Positions 1-25,706 of a stretch of DNA of 64,000 nucleotides are shown in pieces. Numbering within the stretch: the stretch's first letter is position 1; each line of letters starts with the position of its first letter. The stretch covers positions 2,046,001 through 2,110,000 of the forward strand of contig CAVNZM010000006.1 in the NCBI GenBank assembly GCA_963693365.1. The letters are read 5' to 3'. Position numbers and translations under genes: made by a program. The DNA comes from Amoebidium appalachense. Taxonomy: Eukaryota; Protista; Ichthyosporea. Below the pieces are notes generated by a model that was not told the DNA's origin, made no database searches, and saw only the letters and a list, made by a program, of their open reading frames with translations.

Positions 1-50
1 AGTGTCCAGCCTGAATGCTTATAGAAGAATTTGATTTCAGCAGTTATGTA

Positions 51-345
51 GGAAGGTAGGCTTGTCTATGTTTGTACACATCGAAGGCAGTTGATTTTGT
101 CATATGTATCTTGGGTTTTAGGTTTTACAATGTGCACTCATAATAGCATATATCCTTGAAGGCAAACGTGTTCATACTGTAATTACTTTTATAGCATATC
201 CAGATTATGCAAATTAAAATTACTGTAAAATTTGCGCAACAGCGGAATCTGATGCATGAAGGTAGGCTTGCCTTTGGATTTTTGTACACATTGAAGGAGT
301 ATCATTGTTCATTAATGTTTTGGTAATGTGCCCACCATAGCATAG
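51..345. repeat. Degenerate ~205-bp direct duplication
   Basis: gaaggtaggcttg...tttgtacacat.gaagg at ~52-87 recurs at ~259-298; aatgtgc..ca...tagcata recurs at ~129 and ~325. Confidence 0.6.
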
Positions 346-698
346 CTTTAATAAATGTGTTTACAAATTATAACGGGAATTGTTACCAGTAAATGCCATG
401 GTGCAGTGATCATTGTTATTAAATGGCCGGTCACATTTTGACACATCGCCATGTATGTATGCTCATAAAATCCATCCCCCCCCCCCCCCCCCCCCCCCCC
501 CCTCCCCCCCCCCCCCCCCCCCCCCCCAACACACACACACCCAATGTTTCCAACGCCCCTACATCCAACGTGAACCTCGTGCCCATAAGCCAACCCTACC
601 CCACTTACAGTTATGTTTATGCACACACCCCTTCCCCCATCCCGTCTCCCTCCCTCTTGCCCCGCTTGATATACGATCAGTCCCCCCCCCCCCCCCCC

Positions 699-732
<34 letters not shown>

Positions 733-980
733 ACACCACCACCACCACCACCCACCCACCACCCACCTACCCACCCACCCACACGCACGCACCACATGCG
801 TAGACAAACAACTTCAGCCCTCTATCAACTGAATGCCTCGTCCCCCCCGAGAACACCAACTAGACACGGGACATATCAACCCGTCGTTAATACACGTATT
901 TTTCATGTATTGGGTAACAAAAGGTGTTAGTCTTGTGTTCGGACATCCGGCGTGTGCGTGGCAGTGGGTGACTGCTTTAG

Positions 981-1332
981 GTGCACCATTGTGATGTAAG
1001 GGCTGCAGACGAAAGGGCGGGCCGGAGGGGGAGAGGGGGGGGGGGGGGGGGGGGGAGGGGGGGGAGGGAGGGGCGGGGGGAGGGGGGCTGGGGGGACGGG
1101 GGGCCAAAGGGCAGTGGGATGAATGGTGGGGGTGGCATTGCTCTACTGGCAGCAGGGGAGCACTCCACCTACGTACCCTCACAGGCCCAGCCTCCCTTCC
1201 GCCCCCACCCCTCCCCCTCCCCCCCCCTCCCCCCTCTTCCCCACCACCACCACCACCACAGCCACCCCTACCCCGCAGGCTTTCGTTGTCAGATCTCAGT
1301 GGATGCCTACAAGAATCAAAAAGTCTGTGTGA
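981..1332 (+). CDS. Last two exons (981-1172, 1279-1332) of a probable RCC1-repeat protein; upstream exons not identified
   Basis: tttAG|981, 1172|GTaccc, cgcAG|1279, TGA at 1330-1332; phase 0 throughout. The spliced product ...GGIALLAAGEHSTY|AFVVRSQW... fits the end of an RCC1 repeat (I..IAAG..HT.AL). Confidence 0.45.
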
Positions 1333-1934
1333 CTTGGTATTCTTCGTTGACCTTGGTGTGCCACGTGGTAGGAGTTTCGTTGCATTTGTTGTGGAAGAGT
1401 AAAACATGGACAGAGCTGATACGCAGAAGCCTGTACCAGCCTTTGGAGGGGGGGGGGGGGGGGGGAGCTTTGGAGGTGGGGGAGGGGGAGGGGGGGAGGG
1501 GGGGGGGGGAAGGGGAGGACAGAAAAGATCTGGGGATCTTTATATATTTGCAAGTAAGCGTACACAGGAGATCCTTTGAAAGAGAAATACATTGCATTCA
1601 GGGCAGCAGTTTTGCTCCACTCTCCGACTCCATCCCCATATAAGTCTTGTGTATTTACTATGTAAAGACCGTGGGGTAACCTTAAATACCTGCATTTACC
1701 ATTCTAATCAGGTATAAATCTAGAGATCTGGCTTCCAGCAAACAAATACATAAAAACTCCATGTAAAGGGTCTCCTTCGTCTTGCTGCTACAAAATTTTT
1801 CTCAACCTTCCTTACACTCCTACCGCAAAATCTCCAACACATGGACCCGCCCCCCCCTCCTCCACATACTTGGATTTTTTCTGTGTTCCCTAAATCCTCC
1901 TGCCCACTCTCATACAAAACCCCACACAACCCAC

Positions 1935-2379
1935 TTAGGCTCCAGGACCCACATTCACACCTTCAGACCCGCCCGTAACCCCCTCACCCTTCACATTGAG
2001 CCCCCCCTCCAGCCCGCCATGCGCCAGCTCAGCCGCCATCTCCCTCATATCCATTTTTTCAGCCCCTCCCTCATAAACCCCCCCCATACCTCCTCCCACA
2101 CCTCCCACCACCACATCCGACGCCTTCAGAGGAGGGAAAGTTTCCTCCGTCACCGGAACCCCCCCTGCAGCCGACATATCTGTCAACCAATCATGATCTG
2201 CGTCTGGGTGGGGGGTGGGGGGGTCTGTGAAAACGCTGCGGCGGTGGGCGGAAATTCGCTCCTGGGTGGTGCCCCATTCCTTCTCGAATTTTTCTTCGAG
2301 TTTTGGGTCGATCTTGTCGTGGGGGAGGAGGGACATCATCACCTGGGGCTCACCGAGGGGCATGACGTCACCACGGTCA

Positions 2380-2470
<91 letters not shown>

Positions 2471-2516
2471 CAAGTGTGTGTGCGGTTGAGTTTGTGCATG
2501 CGTGCTTGTGTGCGCA

Positions 2517-2554
<38 letters not shown>

Positions 2555-2563
2555 TGTGTGTGT

Positions 2564-2598
<35 letters not shown>

Positions 2599-3130
2599 GT
2601 AAGTGTGCGTGTCTGTGGGTACGTGTGCCCCCACACACCTCCCGCCCCATCAAGAAAACCCCCTTTTTTCGGTCTGCAGGTTCACATTCTGATTCTATTA
2701 CTCCTCTCTCGATACCACATGTTCGAATGGACATATGACCTCTCCCCCCCCCCTCCCCCCCCCCCCCCTCTGCCCTCCCCCCCCTCCCCCTCTGCCTCCC
2801 CTCCCCAAGTCCATGCACACACCACATGCCTGCCTCTTTCCCTCTCCTCCTCCTTTCCCTTACCATGATGGTGAAATGCCATCATTCCTTCCTCCAGTGC
2901 TACCTTTAACTTCATCTCCCCCCCCTTCCTCCTCCCCCCCCCTCCCCCCTCCCCCCCGCCCTAGTCCTTTTCCGGCATGGCAGCTTGCTAAAAATAGTGT
3001 ATTGGCCCCTTCACCTGCCACATGTGGATGGTCTTGCCGTAGGTGTCAATGAGTGACGTCATCACCTGGTCCTCCATCTTCATGGGCACAACACCGGGGG
3101 CACTGATGATGCCTCCCATCACCTGTGCGT

Positions 3131-3161
<31 letters not shown>

Positions 3162-3264
3162 GGGTGCGTGTGCGTGGGAGCGTGTGTGAGTGTACCTGTT
3201 CCTTCTACGCAGGGGGGAGGACTCGGGAGGAGGCCGGTACGTGAAGAGGAACAGGGGGGGGGGG

Positions 3265-3295
<31 letters not shown>

Positions 3296-3417
3296 CTGGA
3301 AGTCAGAATTCATGGGGAGGGGTGGGGTGGGAGGGAGGCCCATCGATGAGGGATATTGAGAGATATCAGTAGTCGAATATTGAAACAGGGAAATGGGGAG
3401 AGGTGTTGATGGTTTTT

Positions 3418-3467
<50 letters not shown>

Positions 3468-3799
3468 TATTTGTATTTCTGTGCCACTAGCAAACAGTGT
3501 AAACCATTGTTGAATTCTACTGGGCTTTTTCCTAGGTCTTTTCCCCACCGCAGTCCTTGGGTCCCTACGGATCCGAGGGAAGTTTTTTGTAGTGTCTGGG
3601 CGTATGGGGTGCTTGGGGTTGGAAAGGGAGAGTTGGGTGTGTGGGTGTGTGGGTGGGTGTGTGGGTGGGTGGGTGGGCGCCGGGGGGAGGGGGGGGGGGG
3701 GGGGGGGGGGGGGGGTAGTTGCTTCTCTCTGGCTTCCCCCCCCCCCCCCTTCCCCCTCCCTCCCTCCCCCCCTTAAAAAGAAGTTTTTTTTTGGAGGGT

Positions 3800-3833
<34 letters not shown>

Positions 3834-4466
3834 GGGTAATATACCGCGTTGGTATATGAATTTGGATGAATTTGGGGGGAGGGGAGAAGGGGGCAGGAAG
3901 GGGGGGGGGAGAAGGTATCTACTCTTTCTTGTCTTTTCCATATCCTTTATTTTCTTTCTTTTTTTCTTTGTTCTATTTCTTTTTTTTTGGTGAGGGGAGG
4001 GGGGGGGGGGGGGGGGGGGGAGGGGGGGAAGGCACATACCTCGTTGACATGGGAGTGCCAGTACTTGCGCTCGTCTTTGGGCAGAGACTCAAACAGGCGG
4101 CGAGAGATGACGTACTCGACACCAATCAGTCTGGCATGTTTGTCGTTGCTGTCGTAGATCACACACTGGCGCATCTCCTCTCCAAGGTGAGAGCAGAAGT
4201 GGTGTGCAATCACCTGTGGCGGATGTTAGTCTTATTTGGTTACTAGACGGTTATAAACCACGATCACAGACGTGTTGGTTGGTTGATTTCTGAACGGTGA
4301 AGAGGCAAGAAGACTTACAGTGCTGTTATTAAAATTTACCGAATATGAATATACACGTATGTTTGACCCCAGTATGAGTACACAGGACGAGGCGGGTGCG
4401 TGGGTACAGTGCACCACGCGTTTTAAATTGGTCGGATAGCCGAAGGGGAGGGGGCGGAAGGGGCGT

Positions 4467-4498
<32 letters not shown>

Positions 4499-5093
4499 GG
4501 GAGGATTATCTATTATCTGCAAAGGGTACTATTCAAGGGGAAACGGTGGGATATAGGGAGGGGAGGAGGAGGGGGAGGGGGAGGGGGGGGGGGGGGGGAG
4601 GGGGACACGATAGGAGAACACTATGGTAAGTCTTTGACATTGAATCCCATTTTTCCTACAGTGCGCAGTTATTTGTGTGTGTGGGTGTTTGGAGCAAAAA
4701 GAGCTGGAAAGAGGTATTTAGAGGAGTAGGGCGTGAATGACATGCACTTTCCCCAATGAATTGTATGTCTAACCATATGAAGTTGGGGAAGGTTGGGGTC
4801 CTGGTGATGGTGGTGGCTGGAGGCAAGTGGTTGGGGAAAAGGGGAAGGAAGAGAGGCTGATCGAGGAAGATAAAGAAAGGGTGTGTGTGTGTGTGTGTGT
4901 GTGATGAAAGGGGGGAGGGGGGTCTAACCTGGCGGCTGGGGTCCTTTGCATACTTGTGGACGCCGCAGATGTGCTCGTGGATGCTTTTGATTGGGTGGAT
5001 GGACTGCATCAGCCCGCTGGCTGTCTCAAGAACAGTGGTGGTCCAGCTCTCACTGCCTGGCTCCGGACCAATCGGCTGCTTGTCGGTTGCCAT
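1935..5093 (-). CDS. DUF1264 / oil body-associated protein (OBAP)-like, ~297 aa; exons 5093-4929, 4213-4040, 3122-3015, 2381-1935
   Basis: All introns are GT-AG and phase 0. The motifs [19 protein letters not shown]...[54 protein letters not shown] are characteristic of DUF1264. Confidence 0.92.
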
Positions 5094-6327
5094 GGTGTTG
5101 ACCAATCAGATACGTCCAAATGGGAATGTTGATGAATAGTTCTGTGGCGTGTGAATGGGAAAGAGGTTGTGTGGGATTAGTGAATATGTTGATGACTTGG
5201 AGGGAAGTTGTAAGAGGAGGGTGATAACACAATCATGGTTTGGGGTGATGATAGGGGCGTATATGAAAACTCTTGTAGAATTTTAAATACCAAGCAAGTG
5301 GGCGCCGTATGTACATAAGGGTCGGGGGGTCGCGGGTGGGGGGGTGGGGGGGTGGGGGGTGGTACTGAGGGAGGTAGGGAGGGAGACGGGTAGGATGTTC
5401 GAATTGAGGAGGGGGACAGGGGAGGGGGAGGGGGGTGTGGGGAAGGGCAGGGGGCGGGGGGGGGGGGGGAGGGGGGTTGAATTCCGCATTCATCAAGACA
5501 CACACACCTGGCATGCCCACGCTCTTCAGTAAAAATGCATGGGATGATCACACGTTTCTGGCTGCTTCAGGAGGTAAGGAGGGGATTTTTGACAACCATA
5601 GTTTCTGCCTCAAATCTGGAAACCGTCACCAACAAAACCAACACGTCAAGCTCGAGGGGAAAATAAACTGAATTAGAAACCTTTCCCACAACCACAAAAC
5701 CAATTAGCAAATGCCAACGGAACGGAGGAGCCGGGTCGAAACTTGGGGAGAACGGAAGTAAGTCAGAGGGAATGAAGGGAGAGGGACCCGGGGATGGGGA
5801 TGGGGCCCGGCAACCTCAGACTTACGTTTGTACGTTGAAAAACTTCAGAGAACTCTGTCATACCTAGGCAGCTAGGAAGAAAAAAGAAAAATGGATGAAT
5901 GACAGCAGGCTGCGTGGAGCTTTTATATCTGTCCCCAGTGGCTATACGAAAAGGACTCATCTCGTGTACATACTTCCCAAACAACTATGTAGCGGCTGTG
6001 TGCTGTGTATTGCTGATGTGAGTGACTGTAACATGACCATCGTAGAGCATTGGCAGGTGTTCAGCCAGCTCTCATGACAAATATAGTTTTTAGATATCGT
6101 GGGAAGTCTTCTGCAGCGCTAGCAGCTTTTAGGTAGGTGTCACATAGGTAATGTGGCGTGTGCCGTAAGCAGCTGTGCAGGTGTAGAACTGTGCATTCTC
6201 AGAGATACTTCGTGTCTATCCCGGCTTCTTTCTTTCTGTCTGTTTTGTTTTTTGGGAGGGAGGGAGTGAGGGAGGGAGTGAGGGAGGGATGGAGAGATGG
6301 GTGGATGGATGGAGCGAAGGGGAGAAG

Positions 6328-6376
<49 letters not shown>

Positions 6377-7198
6377 TTGGGCGGGCATGTTATGGGCTCT
6401 ACAGTTCGGCTTCCACCCATTTTTTTGACACGTATGTGAATGCACCAATTCCCCTCCCCCCCCCTTTTTTTTTGCCGGGACCCCAAAATTGAAGACTATG
6501 GTCTACTCGCCAAACAGATTCACTACACCAGGAAGAGGGTGGAGGTTGGAGATTTTTCAATAGTTTATGTTTTTGTAGCCTTAGAGCATTCATTCAGCTA
6601 TCTAGCAGCACTGCCGCTATATATATCAACAAAGTGGCTTATACAGGGCCTTTTTTAAAAGAATACCAAGATACTTCATAGGGATTGGTATGTTAATACA
6701 TAACAGTCACTTGAACCCAAGAATAATAGAAAGGGTTAAACGTTCGAACTAAGCATACAACATCGGCAGCTCTTAGACAACTGCAAAGCGAAATGAGTAA
6801 GCAATTCAATCCAATAAATATTTGAGATATACGAAAGATATACAACGGAAACTATAACAGGTATCTAATTCATACATTCGTTCCAAATTTACAAAGCCTT
6901 TAGAAACTTGTCATATCATTTGCGTGCACACACACCCAAACCACCCAATCCTAAGGCTCTTCCTACGCATATCTTCCACCCAAGCACATGATCTCAGTCC
7001 GAACCCCCCCCCCCCCCCCCCCCCTCCCTCCCCCACCACCAGAACACACAAATCACACCCAAACCTGAGACCGCGTGTGGATGTGCCCCTTCTCCCTCCC
7101 TCCCCCCCCCCCCCCTTCCCCCCCCTCTTCCACCATCCCCCAACCCAACCCTCTCCCTTCCTCCCCCCCCCCCCCTCCCCACCCCCATACCACCCGTT

Positions 7199-7510
7199 TT
7201 ACTTGTCATTCTGTTTTGTAGCTGCATGCATCTTGTCAATCGCCAACACCAATTCCCTAGCCATGGCTTGGGCAGCAAGCAAACCCTCCTTGCTTTCACC
7301 CAAATGCCGTCTCCACCTCTCAGCTGCTGACACTGCCTGTTGCAACCGTGAAAGTTGAAGGGCGAAATTCTGACGGCCGATTTCGAGCTCTTTCTCCCAT
7401 TGACGTGCGTTTTCTTGTGATTGCAGGAGGCCTTTACGAAGCATTTGGTTCTGTAAATGGAAAGATGGAATGGTTGAGTTAATGATGTAAAGACGTGTTT
7501 AAAGAGAAAA

Positions 7511-7562
<52 letters not shown>

Positions 7563-7886
7563 CCTGCACACTTGCGTGTACGCACGTGTATTACTTGCAC
7601 GCACACGTAATGATGCAATCTCAATAGCGTAGTTACAATGTGCGTAGTTAAAATGTGTGTGTGTGTGCATGTGTGCCTTTGCCTCTCCCTGTTTTTGCAC
7701 TGTGCGTGTGTATGCATGTCTTTACACATTGGTTTGTTTTTGCTAGAACATGGAGAGTAAGGCAGCATGAGTGTTCGTATGCTATGTGTCCGACCAACGA
7801 GCCAGGAGAGAGCAATCAAGAGTGGGACCATTTCATAAGTCATGCCTATCCATACCAATGAATTTTATACATAAACCACATTCCTA

Positions 7887-7941
<55 letters not shown>

Positions 7942-7952
7942 GGGGAAGGCGA

Positions 7953-7983
<31 letters not shown>

Positions 7984-8373
7984 AGGGGGGGGGGGGGATA
8001 GGGGGTGTTGGGTATATACCTCCAGCTTTAGACTGTTGAGCTCTGCCTCTCTGGCCCTAAACTCCAGTGCTATCTTCTTTGCAGCCGTGTTACTGCCCGA
8101 GGCCTGCAGACAGTCATGTTATGTGGTGTACATGCACACACTGTACAGGTACAAGCAATGAACACACGTGCACGCACAGATACACTCACAGACATTGACA
8201 CCCACACACAGCACATACATGTACACCCCCTCACACTTGCCTTACATACACCGTCAAGTTCAGAGACACCGTCACTGGAGTCAAACTACATACGTAGCAC
8301 CTGGGACAACGGAGGGTGAAACATGACACAAACAAACACATCCCCGCATAGGCTTAGACCGAAACCGCCCCCC

Positions 8374-8404
<31 letters not shown>

Positions 8405-8577
8405 AAAAAAGAAACCCCCTTCCCAATCTCCCCTGTGCAGGCCTGCCTATTCTACATTTGAACATCAAACTCGCAGGAAGTAAACGGAAAGGGATTGTGA
8501 GGTTGTGCATACGAGAAAAAGCCGCCATATCAATTTTTTTTTCTCGTTCCTTCCTTTCTTCTTTTTCTTTCTTTTTT

Positions 8578-8609
<32 letters not shown>

Positions 8610-9717
8610 TTTTTTTTTTTTTTTTGTTGGGGGGGGGGGGGGGGGGGGGGGGGATTGCACCATGGAGAATCTTCCAAACCGACCAAAGCAAAAGCAAAGA
8701 CAGGAAAATGTATCATGTTTAGTGCAAACTAGAGCAACCGCCCGGGGAGGGGGAGGGGGGGGGGGGGGGGGGGGGGAGGGGGAAGGGGGAGTCCCACCAG
8801 ATCGTTGTGGCCCGGCCTGTGGTGGTATGTGATAGCCTCAAAAGAGTGGCTCGAAGGCTCATCGGTAAAGGAGCTGGTCAGAGACTCAACAAGGGGTGTG
8901 CCCTCCCCTGATTGGGCCAAAGTCACTTAGTATGAACGGTGGGTGGTTTCTTGACACTTGCATAGGAGGTAAGCCAAAAATGACAAAAAGAGGAGTAAGA
9001 GAATGAGGGGAAGTAAGGGGTAAGGAAAGAGTGAGAGAAGTGAAAAGTCCCCCCCCTCCCCCCCCCCCCCCACCTATTGAAGAAGGGTGGGGGGTGGGGG
9101 TGGGGTGGGGTGGGGGGGGTGGGGGGATGGGGGGGGGGAGACCTAAAATGGGCTCATGGAAAGGGCAGGATGGTAGTCATGGTGTCAATAGTGCGAACTT
9201 CCATCATTTATCCTTCTCAACCCCATATTCTGTTGCAAAAGTGTGTCGGTTTATAAGAAGTGTGTGACAATACACCCACAAAGGCCATACATCGATCACA
9301 CACAACTGCTCAAAACGTATCCTTCTTCCTCCCCCCCCCCCCCCCCCCCCCCCGGGGGGCCTTATCCCCGGAGGCCCGACACGTGCTTCTACAAGTAGCC
9401 ACCTACACACACGAACACAAAACACAAAAAGATCCCTACCCACCCACCCACCCACCCACCCACCCACCCACTCACCGTCCGTTGTCCATTCACTACTTGC
9501 TCCCAGTCCATCCGATTCGCCAAAGAAAGCTCTAGTAATTTCTGGTGCAGGGGTGATGGGTGGTGGTGGTTCTGCTGCTTTTGCTGTGTCACCCGCGGAG
9601 GGTGTTTGGGTGTTGGGTGGATTGGGGGAGATGTCTTGGAGGGACGTGGAGGAGGTGGAGTGTGGTCTGTTGAGAGGCTCCGCTCGCAACATTTCTCGGC
9701 GGAATACGTCCAGAAAC

Positions 9718-9787
<70 letters not shown>

Positions 9788-10135
9788 AGCTGTGTTAGCA
9801 TTCACAGCTAATACGGTTAAGGAAATGGGTGGAGACTTTCTGTTTTTGGTGTATATGGGGGATGAGAGGGGTTGATGCTTGAGAGTCATTCCATATTCAC
9901 AGACAAGCGAAAACACACACCGGTCTATCCTTTTGCACACAGCAAAGATATCAAACGGTTATAGACTTTGCCACGGATTGCACATGAACTGATAAGTTGT
10001 CTTTGGCAGCACAATGCATCAGCCTGCAATGCAAGACCAGGTGTGTGCTGCATAAATACACAACGGCACATGGTGCAGTGAAGGTGGTGGCTGTGTGCAC
10101 GAGTGCGTACATTGAACTTCGTGTGTGTGTGTGTA

Positions 10136-10188
<53 letters not shown>

Positions 10189-10271
10189 ACGCGCATGCGC
10201 GGCTGAGTGAGTGAGTGGATGTGTGAATGAATGCAAGCTCCACGCTTCTCCCTCTTTCTCCCTTCCCAGAG

Positions 10272-10302
<31 letters not shown>

Positions 10303-11285
10303 AGCCGTCCACTCCCTCCGGCACCCAACCCTCACACCATATCTGTTTACACACACGTGTGGTGTATATATTTGTGCCCTTGCGAACATGAGTGTCCGTG
10401 CACATGTGTGTATGTGTACCTCTCCGCACGTCTTCTCATCCCTAAACCTCAGCAAGTAGTGATGGGGGGTTGCCGGCTGCCTGAACGAGCAGTGACGTCC
10501 GTCGGGGCTCTCCTGCTCCATGTTGCTAGCCATCGGCATAGCCAAAAGCACCTGTAAATTGTGTATTGAAATTCAGCAAAAAGCGTATGAATTTAGGTCA
10601 CTCTCCCTCTCAGCAGCTTGAATCTTTGTAGCACCGCAAAGCTTTTGCTACCTAGTGCATTCTCATATGCTTCGTTGAGGCCGCGGGCAGAAAGGAGAAG
10701 GGACAGGAACGACACCAGTCCCCCCCCCCCCTCCCCCCCCCCCCAAAAAAAAAAAAAAAAAAAAAGGAAAGAAAGAAAAGAGAAGAGAAGCGAAAAGAAA
10801 AAAAAAAAGAAAAAGATTAGATATTTCAAAAAAAGAAAAAAAAAATAGGAAAAAAAAATCTGCAGGAAAAAAAGGAAGGCGCCCAAGGCCTGCTCCTGAG
10901 GAGGAGGAGGGGGGGGGGGGGAGGGGGGGGGGGGGGGGGGGTTTCTAGACCCTTCAACAGCCACCCTAGGCAAAAGGAAGCGTTCACAAGAGAAGGATAG
11001 GCCGGAAATGATGGGGAGGACGGGAGAGAGGGAGGTATGCAAGTACACACACCTCGTCATTCTCCATGACTTTCAACTCGGTAATGTTTGTTGCCACGTG
11101 ACGTGAGAGAGTCAGCCAGCCGTATCCCTTTGAGAGCTCCTCCCACCCGGACTCCTTCAGTCGGTATAGGCGGCACTCGCTGGCAAGAAGAACTTCCACT
11201 AACTCCCTGGGTTTGGAGCAAGCACAAGTTTAGTATTTCCCCCCCTCCCCCTCCCCCCCCCCCCCCCTCCCCCCCCCCCCCCCCC

Positions 11286-11318
<33 letters not shown>

Positions 11319-11446
11319 CCGCCGCCGCCGTGCTTCACTTCCTAAAAAACAAAAAAAGAAAGGGGGAAGAAAGGGGAGAAGAAAGGGCATGTCGGTCACT
11401 GGAAAACTGTAGCTGGCCAGATTTTAAGAACATGTCGTGTGTATGT

Positions 11447-11477
<31 letters not shown>

Positions 11478-11489
11478 GGGGGGGGGAGA

Positions 11490-11523
<34 letters not shown>

Positions 11524-12006
11524 AGGGGGCAGGCAGAAAATCAACATTTAAGAAAGATCCGGTGTGTTTGCCACCCATACCAGATCTTAGATCTTCTTCG
11601 CTCGTAAGAGCAGATCTGTCTGCAAATCTATGATTATGAATGTCACGTGCCAGCTTGTTGAGTGAAACCGTGGTGGGTAGGAAAGGATTTTTCAAAAGAA
11701 CAAGGCGAGTCACGCCAAGCAGCTACAAGAGCAAGATGGGAGGTAAAGAATGCACGAGAAGCACTTTCAACCCATTGTTCGCCTAGGAAAAGTGCAAACA
11801 TTGGTCCTTTTTATAAAGATGTAGAGTGTGGAAGCCCAGTCTCAAGCAATAAGAAAGGAAAAGGCTCGAAGCATATATAACGTGCATAGGGAGAGTAACG
11901 GGAGAAAGGTGGGGGGGGAGGGGGGGGAGGGGGGGGGGGGGGGGGGGAGGGGAGGGTTGAAAGTGGGGAGCAAGCGAGAGAGGGAATGCGGTAGGACGTA
12001 CCCCAT
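7199..12006 (-). CDS. ~344-aa protein: N-terminal MGQICS acylation motif, PH-fold (RanBD/EVH1-like) domain, S/P-rich linker, C-terminal coiled coil; exons 12006-12002, 11619-11581, 11206-11053, 10551-10420, 9716-9476, 8925-8798, 8103-8020, 7450-7199
   Basis: Phase-consistent GT-AG chain. LLASECRLYRLKESGWEELSKGYGWLTLSRH...YLLRFRDEKTCGEFLDVF resembles the RanBD/WH1 pattern (LY.....WE....G.L.L ... ..LRF.....A..F). The last exons are heptad-rich. Extra micro-exons cannot be excluded. Confidence 0.7.
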
Positions 12007-13355
12007 TATGGCTGTCTTCAGGCAGAAAATGCCTCAGCCTCTCAAACTCCGCTCTCTCTTTGAAGAATTAAAGGCAAATTTCCTTTCATACACTGGAAAA
12101 TGGCCTGGCCAGGCTCTAATTTATACACCCATGCGGTATAATTCCCCTTCAATCTTCGTAGGTAACAGCGAACATGTTACAAGTCGGAGACAGAAAAACG
12201 GTGACCGTTATGTTTATCCTAGAGTCTAAGAGCGCTTACAAATTTGTATCGTTCACGGCTAATGTAAGCATTACTTATGATGTCATCAAATTGCTATTAA
12301 GACTACAAAATTCGACTGTTAAAGAGGGCTAAACATTGTACGATAGCAACAGATGTTTATTGTCCAATCAACTATGGTAAATAATATTTACTACCCAAAA
12401 ATAGCATCTTTTACTCCTTATATGGGAACACAATAAAAGCACGAGGCTGTAGGCTCTTTAATATTGGCGGTTGGACACGCTTGTGCGTAATATACAGTTT
12501 CGTTTTCTCCTCGCGTAACTGTCTACACGGCGGTAGGAGGGAACGGTTTTTTCAAGTTATGAATCAGGAAGGGAAGAATATTTTTTAACTTCTAGAAAGA
12601 AAGGTGAAAGGCAAGGGTGGACACCAAGCACGATTCCCAGTTTCGTTCACACATCGGTCACACCATCGGGGCTTGAAAGCCAAAGGTCAGTTGAGAAGAA
12701 CTTGAAAGAAACAGAAGCCAAGAAGTTTTTTTTTGTATGATACAAGCAGACTTCAGCAGTTTTTTCTTTATATTAGGCTAGGCTACATTTTTATCTATTT
12801 AAGATGAAATTCTTGTCGGTTGTAGCAAATTACCGCTTCTTCGCGTCCATGTAGTCCAGTTTTTCGCTTGCTGCTTGGCTGTCCTCGTTTCCTTGCTCAC
12901 CGAACCCAAAGTTATGTTTGTTGACCGCAGAAGTCGTTTCTTAGAATTCTACAAACGAAGCCTTATGTTGGCCGTTTTCTTTGCGATCAGAGCTTCCTTC
13001 ACAGTCTTTCTTGTAGTGGCATAACACCTCTTTTTCAGAGTAGGCACTTCCTTTCAGCTCTTCTCACTCACATCTCACCACGCTTACTAATAGTTTTATC
13101 GTTGGTTTAGAATCAAAAGTAAGGAAGGTTTTCTTTCTCTGCATCCACGTGCTCTATAGTTACTTTTCGACAGCTGCAAACAACCCAAACAACGATTTCA
13201 GTTCCAAGTGAACGATCTTAGAGAAAATCACTGTTTTAGTGCTGCTTGAAAGCAGCAACGGATAGGTTTTGTTCTTGAAACAAGCACCTGATGTTAGGAC
13301 TCACACGTTTAGGAGTTAGGCAAGAAGGCTTCGAACAGGTTCTATTTCTAACATT

Positions 13356-13775
13356 TTAGTATAGGTAAAACATAAAACACTCCCCCCTTCTCCACTTCTT
13401 TTCTTGAGCATTCAGAGCTGAAGTTTCCAGTGGGTTTGGCAAGTGCTTGCCACATACAGGTCGCAAGCTTCGTATAACGAAATCCTCTCGAGTCCCGTCG
13501 GTGTCCTTGCAACGGAAACATGTCGGTAATCGGGCATAGTTGTGTCCTTGATAGTGCCTGGCAACTTCTGCTGTGGTCTCGTGTGATGAGGGAAGAAAAG
13601 CCACGAAGACGAAGACAACCTCCAGAATAGTTGCAGCCGTACGCTTCGACATGAGCGGCGATGCCTTATGAGTCACGGTGTGGAGCATTTGTGTCCAACC
13701 AGGAGAACGAGTCGACAGTCGGGTGTTGTTGTGGACGTTTGCTGAGCCGTCGAGTAACGGCCTCTCATGTTTCAT
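13356..13775 (-). other. Unassigned 139-aa ORF in repeat-free DNA, divergent from ZC3H18 (orphan gene, pseudogene or non-coding)
   Basis: ATG-initiated ORF of ordinary complexity. A branch point/acceptor-like cctaacatcAG lies at ~13289 on the minus strand. No family recognised. Confidence 0.2.
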
Positions 13776-14178
13776 CTTGTTACTCTCTCCCTAATTTAGT
13801 ACTGTGGGGTACTGTCATAGACTAGGGTTCACAGCTAAATTCTGGTTTGCTTCGGTAATCGTTTTGCAAATAGTTTGCCAAGCAAACGGTTCATAAAAGT
13901 TTGCCATGCAACGTCTTACGGGTCAAAAGGTTGGTGCTAACGTGTCCCTGTTCACTATTTTCCTGCACACAACATTCGTGCTCCTACGTGAGCCGCTCTT
14001 TCTCAACTCCTTCTTTCTCCTCCAACATGCACCACCATCACACCTTTGCCTAATCAAACATGATACACATCTCCCATGCGCCTCCCTCTTTTTTTTTTTC
14101 CTTTCTTGTTGCATGCCATGCAGTTGCGAGAGGCGGTGCCCATAACCCAGTCAGGACGGCGTTTTGGCGCCCCCAAAC

Positions 14179-25706
<11,528 letters not shown>

